Source: the human T2T-CHM13v2.0 reference genome, Homo sapiens
Strand: one strand, 5' to 3'
DNA: 64,000 bases
Assembly (NCBI RefSeq): GCF_009914755.1
Contig: NC_060933.1
The translations under genes and the position numbers were made by a program. Position 1 is the first letter of the stretch. Each line of letters starts with the position of its first letter. The notes beneath the pieces were generated by a model. The model ran no database searches. It was not told the DNA's origin and saw only the letters and a list, made by a program, of their open reading frames with translations. This document shows positions 51,181 to 64,000 of the stretch, one piece after another.

Positions 51181-53766
51181 CTTTTCACCGCAGAGCCCAT
51201 GACCACAGGTTTTTCATTCCGTTCAGGAAACTACTCTGAGTCTAGTCCATCTAAAGCCATATCGTTCTAGATCCTCTCTCAGAAACAGAAACCAAATGCT
51301 TCCTTATTTTAAACAGCAGATGTCTGGTGATATTAACTTACTTGATCCATGATATGAAGGCAACATTTCCAGGTTGTACTTGAGGTTACGAAGCAGACTT
51401 TTAAAAATATCTTCTTCATTATGTAACCTTTCAGAGAACAATTATTGAGAATGAGGAAGGAAGACTTCTTTCACCACCACCAAGTGTTGCCGAATCCTCA
51501 CCCTTTGCCCCATTAAGCAAGTGGCAGGCACCTCACCTTTTACCATGGGGTAAGTTACTGCTCACATTAAGTTCATGAAAATGAAGATGTGAGCATCAGT
51601 GCTAATCCTAGTTCAGGTAATAATTTACAGTATCGGGTGAACGTGGGCAAATTATACAACTTCCCTGAGCCTCAATTTCCTCACTGGAAATGGAGAAAAT
51701 CAAAATAGAGACATCAAAATAAATCTTATGTGTTTAGATTTGCTGTTTCTTGTAGTTGTTTCTTATTCATCTTATGTATTTTGATACCTCACACAAATCC
51801 TGGCATATAATAGACATTAATAAATAATTGTTAGGAAAATGGATGAATTAATGAACACATTTGCCTCCTGGGTGGTCATGAAGAATATATGAGACAACAC
51901 AAATAAATTAAATATTACAGTGTTTAACTCATCCTAGCTGCTCTTATATATCAGCTCCCTTCTTCCCTCCCTTCATCTTCCTGGTGTTGGGACATGGGTC
52001 ATTTTGTGTGCCCAATGCCTTGTCCACAATTTCTCACACTGAGCCATCTTTGTTCAAAACCTTCCAGAATTTTCCATAAGACATCATTGATTATTAATCA
52101 TCCAAAGTCGGCCTCACTGTGTGTGCCTTAGCATTGTGTTATGAAAATTTGCTGTGTTTTGCATATCCCTGTGTTTTTTTGTATTTGCTTGTCTTCTCTC
52201 CTAATTAGATTCCATTTCCTACACTATCTCTACAGTGTGCAGCACAGTGAATATTCATTCAATGGGATAATAATGAATCTATGACTTTAAAAAAGTGTAC
52301 CTGCTTGCAGCAAGTCAGAGTCTTCTGTTTTTTATGTAGACTAACTTAAGGCACAGGACCTTTTATTTTGAATTTTCTTTCTTCTGCCTATGCAGGGCTG
52401 ATTCTGAACACCTTGTTTCACTTGAGGATAAGCCATTTCAACTAGAATAATAATTGCTATCAAGGCCATAAAGCTTTGCGGGTTAAAATGGTCTTTCACA
52501 TACATTATTTCACTTGGTCTTTACAACAGGATACTAAGCAGCATGATTTTGAAGTCCAACAAATCAAATTGGACTCATGGCTATATCACTTAACAGCTAT
52601 GTGATTTTAAGTGTTATCTAAACTCTCTGACCATCAGTTCTTCATTTGTAAACCTGAAAAAGTATTAGAACCATGCTTCTTAGGAAGAGTGTGAGTGCCA
52701 AATGATATATCTGACCCATATAGCATGGTCAGAATTTAATCAATGGGATGGAAGCCACCCAATAAATGGTAGTTATCATTATTATTTTTAAGCAAGAAAA
52801 TCAAGGAATAGAGTACAAAGGAAGCAATCAGAAGGCTTTGAATAAAGGAGTTCTGATTCTAAAGCCCATGTTCTACTTCTCTGCCCTCTCAGCAGAGCAG
52901 CCTGCACAAGGCTTCTTCACACTTTCTTTAATTTGATCCTTGTAACAACCCTAAGAGGTTTATGCAGAAAATTACTCTTTAGCTCTGTGGGGAAGTGAAT
53001 TTTAATGGATGAGTTTTAATAGCTGTTCAAGCTAATTGAAAATGTTGGCCAGCATTGCAACCCCAACAAGGAGAGAAGTAGAGCAGAAATACAAAAGAAT
53101 AATGCCTATGTAAACAGAGATGATCTGTCCTAGTGAATATGAGACTGATGGTGTGAACCCAGGACAGAAGTATTTCACAGCAACTCCTGGAAACTAGAAT
53201 CTAAACTCACTATACCTATTACTCTAGAGTGCCTCCCCTCCACCCCGTCCCTTTCTTTGTTATTTTCCTTAATTGTCCCAAAGGACAAAAAGAGGCTCCA
53301 GAAACAAGCAAAGAAAGAGTTTTCTTATTCCTCCAGCTCTCTTCATGCTCAGAAGGCCAGACTGCTATTTTTATTATTTTATTTAGAAATGGTACTAGAA
53401 AATACAATAGGTAGCACTCATTGAGTATCTATTTGTACCAAACGTTATGAAAGGTATTTCAGCTCTAATTCTTTCAACAATCTTGCACTGTAGGTATTAT
53501 TATCCTCTTACAGGAGAGAAAGATGAGAAGTTTTCTGGTTATTAAGTAGAAAGTGAGGGCCATGGGCAGAAAGGAATCCCTGTTTCGCCTGTGGCAAGAG
53601 AGACACCCCAGCTCCCCAAGAGGGAATATTCTCTCTCCCTAGCTGTCTCTCTCTGTGAGTCTCCCCATTTCTCTATTTCACAGTGGAAGGATTTTTTTTT
53701 TCCACTGCTGTGGAGTGAGACAAGTAAATAATTACCCAGAATTCTGCCTTAAATTACAATAGTCGT

Positions 53767-54469
<703 letters not shown>

Positions 54470-54957
54470 TCCATCTTAAATGATACTTTGTGTTATCTAG
54501 ATATAAAGTCCTCAAGGTCTCCAGGCAGCTCAAGTAACCCTTGGTTATACTTGAGATCTCCTGGGTAATGGTGAAATGTCCCATACCTCCTGTGAATTCT
54601 GGAGAGTGATTAGCAGGGTGATGCACTCACATTTCCTTCTGAGCGGATGTTCTGGCCTCCCCTTCATGCCCTCTGCTTGCTTCTGGGCAGCTCTGTGTTT
54701 CCATGTTCTTTCATTCCCTCTCCATCAGGCCCTGAAGCACAACTATCACCATACTCTGTGTGCTTCAGGTTTTATTAAGAGTAGGGATAATGGAGATGAA
54801 TTGTACCTCAGGATAAGAAACAACCAACAGTGGAGAGTGGACATCACTGGTCTTAAAATCCTTGCCCTTCTCTGACAGAGAGAATCTCTTTCAGGCTGCC
54901 ACTTTTCATATCTCTGTCAACTGCTATGTTGGCTATGTGTTGGGATCTATCATTTCT

Positions 54958-55236
54958 CCCTTCCTTCCTTCCTTCCTTCCTTCCTTCCTTCCTTCCTTCC
55001 TTCCTTCCTTCCTTTCTTTCTCTCTTTCTTTTTCTTTTTTTTCAGGGTCTCGCTCTGTCACCCGGGCTGGAGTGCAGTCACACGATCATGGTTCACTGCA
55101 ACCTTGACCTCCTGGCCTCAAGCATTCCTCCCATCTCAGCCTCCTGAGTAGCTAGGACTACAGGTGGGCACAACCACACCTGGCTAATTTTTGTATTTTG
55201 CATAGAGATGGGCTTTTGCCATGTTACTCAGGCTGG
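54958..55236 (-). mobile_element. 5'-truncated AluJ whose tail became (CCTT)14 at 54959-55014
   Basis: TSD ggga..atcatttct on both sides (54942-54957 / 55235-55251) encloses the microsatellite. Confidence 0.9.
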
Positions 55237-56934
55237 GAACCGATCATTTCTGTTGTGAGCCTTTGCCCCAATTATTTCTCTCAGAGTACCAGGGTCCCAT
55301 CTGGATTTCACTATTATGTTATCATGGAGAGGAATTGAGCCTCTTTTTTACGCAATATCTCCAACTCTGCTAGTCTGGGCCCTCTCTTTCACCACCAACA
55401 GAAACATGGAAGCATCTTTCTAAAGGAAAGATAAAATTTCCCCTGAGATAGTTCCTGTTTCTCTTCCCAGAGAGTTTAAACTGCTATCAGTTTTCCTCTT
55501 CTTGTAACTGCATCTTATTGTTCCCACCACACTTACATTATCTCTCTTTTTTTTTTTTTTTTTACTGTGAGTCAACAGGCATAAGCCACTTCAGTTTATT
55601 TCCATTTCTAATAACATTGTTATTGGGGCAATAACAAGTCATGTAAATTAGCCTACATATTAGAATAATATATAGTCTACAATATGTAGTCTGATTTTCT
55701 TCATTCATTATCTCTTAAACACAAAGACCAGAGATCTCATTATACTATAGAAATGAACACTGTAATGAATAATCAAGGAAGAAAATATTGCAACGTGTTT
55801 TTCTAGAAGGCAGGGAAGATGCTCCTCCTGGCATATCTCCATGAGCTCTCTTTAATATTTGGGCAGCTTTAAGGCACTCATATTGATGGCTGTGAGAGAA
55901 AAAAAACGTTTGGGGAGTTAAGGTGAAACTACCTACTGTATTGAAATCTCCATCAGTCAAATAGTCTCAGCCATCATTTCTGAATAGGCATTTGTTGAAT
56001 CAATATTCACTGAGTGTATATTTTGTGAAGACTGAAAATGTCACAGGCACCATTAAGCACCATTACCCTAATGGTCAACAAAAGATGAAAAGCCTTTGTG
56101 ATGGATAAAATTTTAGAGTTCTGTTCTAAGGTCTGTGGAAAATGAACAAGGGAAGCTATCAACTGTGGCTGAAGAATTCAGTGAGTCTAATTTGGTATTG
56201 TGAAGTTTCTTCCTTTTTATGACATTATTTTGCCCCAGATGTTAAACCATACTGTGGTTTGAGGGATGCCTTGGCTATGTTGGAATTCTCATGTATTAGA
56301 ACTCTGGTTTGGTAGTTTTTGGAGAGAAGAGAAGAAATGGTGCTCCCTGGATTTGAGCAGCATGGTGGCCCCAGGATCCTGCTCCAGGAACATTTGCTTA
56401 CATCATCGATTTCTCATAGAAAATTGGAGTTGATGACCAAATGTTATTATGCAAGAGGTCGTGATTCTATTCAATACTAGAATAGAAAGATTCTAGTATT
56501 GACCCTCAAGAGACCTGGATTTTATAACTCTCAAGAAACTCACTAACTGGATAGCAACAGTGTGCCTCAGTTTTCTCATCAGTAAAACAACAGATTGAGT
56601 GACTAGATGATTTTTTGTAGATGTATTTTGGATAGAAGATTGTGAATCATTACAGCATTTAGAAATATTACTTTTAACTACTTATGAAGTTGACATGAAG
56701 AATTAGCCAGTATCATTTAGTGTTTGATTCATTCATTTAATAATTCATTTTTTCCTAGCTTACTGTAGATAAGATCATTACTTTTATGGTCAAATAGACT
56801 TTGATTCAAGTCTTGGTTTCTCCACACACTAGATAAATGACCTTGGAAAGTTAAATTATTGACCTATTTGTGGCTCTGTTTTCTCATTTCTAAATGAAAA
56901 CAATAATATTATCTTCATCATAGGGCTATTGAAG

Positions 56935-57369
56935 TGTGTTTTAGATTTCTCTAGAGAATCGAAAGAATGTATATATATAGTGTGTGTGTATATACACATG
57001 AAAAGAGAGAGAGAGAGGACATAGAGAGAGGCAGAGAGAGACAGAGAGAGATTTATATTAGGGAATTGACTCTCATGATCATGGGGCTGGAAAAGTCCAA
57101 GCTCTACAGGGTAGTCCAGCTGGCTGGAGACTCATGGAAGAACAGATGTTGCAGTTCTACCTAGGGGTAGATCAGTCTTTTTCCTAAGGCCTTCAACTGT
57201 AGATGAGGCCAACACACGTTGTAGAGGTGAACCCATGTTTGTTACTCAAAGTCTACTGATTTGAATGTTAATGTCATCTAAAGAATACCTTCCAGCAACA
57301 TTCAGATGTGTTTGACCAAATATTTGGGCACCACGGCTTAGCCAAATATACACATAAAATTAACCATCA
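56935..57369 (-). mobile_element. MLT2D-like ERVL LTR inserted in a MIR (~56780-57455)
   Basis: ttctctagaga..(TA/TG/GA)n..ggaattgactc; cacataaaattaaccatca end; TSD tgaag/tgaaa. Confidence 0.82.
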
Positions 57370-57484
57370 TGAAAGCAGTACTGATAATGCAGGTAGCAAT
57401 TTTCCCACAGTGTCTAACACGGGAAATAAATAATAAAAATTAGCTATTATTATTGATGTAGTTGCTATTTTTTTTTTTTTTTTT

Positions 57485-57663
57485 ACTTTTTAATGAAAAT
57501 TTCCACCCTTTCCAAACATACCCCCAAAACACACTGGAGATAGTGGTTAATGATCTGCATCAGTTAGCCCTCAGAGCTGCAGGAACCTCCACACCCACTC
57601 CCTAACCTATGCATGTTAAACCATGTTGTAGATAAGCTCTTCCCTTTGGGGAACCCCATTGTC
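57485..57663 (-). other. Probable L1 3'-transduced segment
   Basis: Non-L1 sequence between two poly-T tracts and inside the TSD of the adjacent L1PA3. Confidence 0.65.
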
Positions 57664-58891
<1,228 letters not shown>

Positions 58892-58914
58892 AGAGAGCAG
58901 TGGTTGCTATTATC

Positions 58915-59560
58915 CTTTATTGAATATCTACTTTTTTTGGTTAGGTTAGATTCTGAAGGCATAACAACTCACAAGATACAATCTGTCCTTGTCTAAATGT
59001 AGATCTGATAAGCTACCTGATCATTACAATAGACTGTCCTGAATACCATAAGAGGGAAAAATATGGGTGCCATGAGAATACATAAAAAGGGCCTCAAATG
59101 AGAATAGGTTGAAGGGTAGAGATAGCTCAGCTAAGATCAAAACGATAGATGGATGAAAGAAGATGATGATGCAACTGTATGTTGAAAAAACAAGTACAAG
59201 GAACTAAAATGAGAAAGAGCATGGCCTACTCAAAGAACTGTAAGTAGTTAATCATTTTCTGGGGTATAGAATGAAAGAGGGAGGTGAAGACGTAAAAGTT
59301 GAGAGATTGACAGGGTTACGCCCAGAAAAGGCTCTTACCAAGGCAAGCAGTGTGGATGTTATCTTGAAGCCAATGATGACCTAAAATATAACAGTGATGT
59401 TGAAAATGGAAAAAAGAGACAGATTTGGGAGATATCAATAGGTGAAATGAGTAAGATCTAATGATAGATTAAATCTTAGGCATGGGGAGATACTGAAACT
59501 GAGGAGTGAGCTGGGCTATGTTGAGATGCTCCTGTAACTTTCTTGGATACAATGAAGAAT
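58915..59560 (-). mobile_element. L2 fragments
   Basis: tttattgaatatctac.., gggtgccatgagaa.., ttatcttgaag.caatg motifs; boundaries approximate. Confidence 0.6.
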
Positions 59561-60482
59561 ATTTTAAAGACCGTTGAAAGATCTTGAACCAGTCATTTAC
59601 ACTTTCTGTTCATTTCACTTATCTGTAAAATGCAGATGTTGGACTCAATGCTCTTCGTAAGGTCTTGTCTTACTTTAAAATTCTACACTCCTGTGACTGC
59701 TCTTTAGTTTTGTATGTAAATATATTTTTTTGGAAATGTTTTTTGTACCACCAAGTTAACAAACTGTAAAGCAATAAATGGCATCATCATATTGGTATTT
59801 AGCGATGATTTTGCAATTATTACAGGATGTCACAATGAGAAAGATCAGGAAATTAGATAACACATGCTAGTATCTTTTATAATGTTTGAATTGTAAGAAA
59901 AATAGGGGTGGTTGACACTGCAGATGTAAAAAGATTAGTCAAATTTTAGATAAATTGTTCTAACTAGAATCAAAGTTGATAAGCAAATTTCTATGAACAG
60001 TGAAACAGACAGTTCGTGAAAAAAAATACATGGGAAAGAAAAACAAGCAAACGTATTGTTTTTTCTAATGTGTGCTTGCAAAAATTGTTGAATGCTCTGG
60101 TTTCTAGCACTTGATTTATCTTTTATGATACTTTAAACCTCATGTTTGTTCAACAATTTAAGTCTATTTGGTCAGTTAATAAAGGTCCTGCAGCATGTGA
60201 GGGAGAAGATGAAATTAAATGAGAGTTTGAATGGAAAACCAGTTCAGATGGTCATGGTGTTCCTCCTCAAACTGAGCTTGAATCATTATTTAGGAGTCTT
60301 TTTGAACAAGAACTGAATAGAGAAGAGATTTTTCAGAGATAACCTGGTACAAACCAGTTGAAAATGGGTTGATAGGCTGCTAGAGTTCTTTTGACCTGAA
60401 ACACTTCAGGAACTAAACACAAGGCTATGATTCAACTCTCTGATCTTCTAGTAGTATCCTGGGAGCAAATATATTGCATCTT

Positions 60483-60817
<335 letters not shown>

Positions 60818-61218
60818 TAACACATTTGGGGTTAGTTATCATTATTTAGTTGGGCCTACAGAAAATCATTAGAAGACATTTTGTCGAAAATTCAGAATGC
60901 ATGTTAATTTAGGTGAAACTAAAGGGGGAGGAGAAGTATACCTTGCTAGATGGCATCTCGAAAATAATCAGTAAATTTAGTTCCAAATGGTTTTCTCTCA
61001 TTTCATTGCACCTAGTTGTGTAAATAATCATCACAGACCATATTAGTAGCTCTAATTTTCTTGGTTTTAGGAGGAGAACCTGTGTTCAAGCTTCACTTTG
61101 ACCAAGTGTGTCATGTAATTATCAATGTCTGTTGTAAGGGCTAAGAGATTCATCTAAGGGCTAGATGAATTTGATAAAATTTTTTGATCCCACAATAATA
61201 ACCACAAATAGTATTATC

Positions 61219-61364
61219 TGCTGGGTGTGGTGGCTCATGCCTGTAATCCCAACATTTTGGGAGGCCGAGGTGAGATCACTTGAGGCCAGGAGTTCAAGAT
61301 CAGCCTGGGCAACATAGTGAGACCCTGTTCCTACCAAAAACAAAAACAAAAACCCCACAAAACC
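61219..61364 (+). mobile_element. FLAM (free left Alu monomer)
   Basis: Single monomer with A/C tail; TSD caaata(g/a)tattat 61205-61217 / 61365-61377. Confidence 0.88.
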
Positions 61365-62371
61365 CAAATAATATTATATTTGTCATTTCATTAAATTAAT
61401 AATTGAATGCTGATACACATTCTCTTCTGATTTAAATCTAAATTTGAGAATTACCTTTTCCTTAAAAGTGTTTTCAAAGAATCCTTTCTGCTATACAGCT
61501 ATAACTCTTTTTTTGATGTGTTGAAATTACAGATCAAATTTTTTTCTAATAAATGCTACCACAATGCCAGTTTACTTAAGCATTTAATTAATTTTAGCTA
61601 TCTTATGACTCCAAGGCAATAAATGAATTCAGATAACACTAGGATTGGCAAACCAGGTTAGATTTACCCTGAATAAGAATTGCTTTACATGTTCTAGAGC
61701 AGGGTTTCATGAAAAAGGAAAAAGAAATTGCTTTACATGATTTTGCTGATGTCACACGCAATCTTTTATTTTGATATTTTATTGTAATCCTTTAAGGACA
61801 GAGACAATGCTTATTTTTCAAAATTTGCTACAAGTATTCATGGAATTTGAAGTCCCTATTGGTGTCTAAATCAAGAAGAGTCAGCCAAGCGAGGCATTTA
61901 TCCAGGTGCATTCATGCCAGCGTCTGAGGTCAGGGAGAGGGGAACAAACTAGAACTGAAGTTGCTTCCTGAGTTGACAAGGAAAGGAGAGGCTCAGAAGT
62001 GTAAACCCAAACTTAAGTCGTGAAGAATGTAGAGGAATGTCAGGGAAATCAAGGTAAGTGAGCAAGTCCAAAGAGCAGGAATAAGGAATAAGACAAACAG
62101 AAAAGGACAAATCCAAGGCAAAAAGCTGAACTGAATGGGAGCCAAGTGGGAGCAAAGGCAGACCCTGTTTCAAAGGTGGGGCACATCTTTTCAAGCATAA
62201 AAAGGAGCTTAAGGACTCATGTATCTTTATGAGTTCTAAGGTAAAACACTCCCAAAGAGGTCCAAGAGTGTGTTTGCCTCACTTCTATCTTATTTATAAT
62301 CCCTTTTCTCCTTCCACTAGAACTCTGTTCCCTAGTACAGTGACTTAAATTCATCCTTGGTGTCCATTTTT

Positions 62372-62418
62372 TCCTTGACCTATATCCACCTATAATTTGT
62401 CCTTGACCTATATCCACC
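62372..62418. repeat. Perfect 19-bp direct repeat tccttgacctatatccacc x2
   Basis: 62372-62390 and 62400-62418. Confidence 0.95.
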
Positions 62419-63669
62419 CCTAGGGGGGGATAGTGAGGTGGTGAGGGAAGATATAAAACTTTCAGTGCTCCCTAGGGGTTTGCATGTGGGGCTAATGTTC
62501 CCTTCTATTTTGATCTTTCCTGGACTAACCCAGCTGCACTGTAGACCAACCGGAGTTGACCTTGTTGCTACTACCCCACAAAGGAATATCAGCTGAATGT
62601 CAGAAGAGAACAGCTTTTTCTAACCTGTACCATCGGTCTCCTTGTTTATCTGACACCAGCGGCTTGGACAACTCAGGCTCTCAAGTCCATATGTGAATGA
62701 TGCTTTAATGTATCTGAAATATGCTTTCGAATGTGACTCACTTCAAGTCACATTATGGACTTCAAGCCATATTATGCACTAAACAAAGGAGGCCCCCCAG
62801 TCTCTTTCCCATCTATTAAGCATAACAAAAAATTACTTTATTAGATTTTATAGCGAAACAATACATTGTATTCATGAGTATGATGCTATAGTATTAAGAT
62901 AACTCAGTAACACACCCACACATACATGTCATTAATGATTCCATTTCTCTTTATCATAGAAAAATAAAAGTTTTACAAAAGGCAGAGGAGTTCCATTTAA
63001 ACACCAAATTTTCTTCTTGGAACAGCTCTAGCCAGGGGGTCCTTCCATTAGAAACAAGTAGCTCTTTCAGAATCTCCAGTGTTAGAGAATTCCAATTTTA
63101 AGTCTCTCATGCATATCACTTTTCTAAAAGTTCACAGTATCAACTGAACACATAAAATATCATAACAACCCATACCCATAAAATTTAAACAACACAAAAT
63201 TAGCCACAGCATAAGTATGAATCTCCTTAGACCAAAGTGTTTCAAAATATGTTCTATAGAAATTAAGGAATTGCTTAACAAGGATGATATGGTAGCTACA
63301 AGCAGAGTGGCATCCCCCCAAAACTAAAGTAGCCCCATATTTAAAAAGCATTTTTTTATATTGGGGCTCCTCAGAAGATTTCATTTAGAAAATAGGTTTC
63401 ACTCCCTTTGCAAAACTTTGAAAACTGTTGCCTTATAAAACGGTGTTTTCCAAGTTGAAGTAGTGTTCCCAGACTCCAATAAATGTCTCATAATTAAGAA
63501 TCACATTGCTGTTATAGCTGTTGACCTTGAAAGGGAGGGAGTGTGAGAAGGAATAGGCAGAGAAAAATGAAGAGAAAAAAAAGAGGAAAACTTCTTGGTT
63601 TTTATTCACCAAGTGCTATCAGTCAAAGCCATTTGCCCAGTGACCATTACCTGTGAACTTAAAATGCAA

Positions 63670-64000
63670 GTGGCTACCAAGCAATTTCACCCCTAAATAT
63701 TTATCTAAGGGAAGAGAAAAACTAAGTCCACAAGAAACCTTGTATGGGAATGTTCATAGTAAATTTTTTCGTAACAGTCCCAAACTGGAATCAGCCCAGA
63801 TGTCCATCAGAAGGACAAACTAATACATCTATACAATGGAACAATTTAGCAATAAAGAATAAAATACTGATACACGCATCAATATGAATACATCTCAAAA
63901 CTATTGCATTGAGTGAAAAAAGCTGGACCAGACACAAAAGAGTACATATTGTATGATTCTACACATTAATTTCTGGAATAAGCAAATATGTTAGAAAAAT
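63670..64000 (+). mobile_element. L1ME/MB-type ORF2 end and 3'UTR fragment
   Basis: agcaatttcac.cct..gaatgttcatag..cccaaactggaa.ca.cccagatgtccatca; runs off the window. Confidence 0.75.

Overview
Hominoid (most likely human) non-coding genomic DNA, very rich in transposable elements. I can support no host protein-coding exon, RNA gene or CRISPR array. The long ORFs in the track are broken LINE-1 ORF1/ORF2/ORF0 pieces or Alu/LTR-derived frames. The left 36 kb holds three co-oriented (+) near-full-length, inactivated L1PA elements (1379-7509, 22620-28266, 30739-36185), each with a readable target-site duplication (TSD). The rest is Alu, MaLR/ERVL/ERV1 LTRs, old L1M/L2/MIR fragments and microsatellites. 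Best observations: (1) the middle L1 lost a ~510-nt 5'UTR intron exactly at GT/AG, so it was integrated from spliced RNA (SpIRE97/622 type); (2) the minus-strand L1PA3 near 58 kb appears to carry a ~180-bp 3' transduction with a second poly(A) tail; (3) an unexplained ~92-115-bp local direct duplication, each copy followed by an inverted repeat; (4) a MER91C-like palindrome with a miR-652-like arm; (5) multi-layer nested insertions. These are mostly new instances of known mechanisms; I found no convincing evidence of a wholly new biological system. Subfamily names come from recalled consensus sequences, and boundaries of old elements are approximate.
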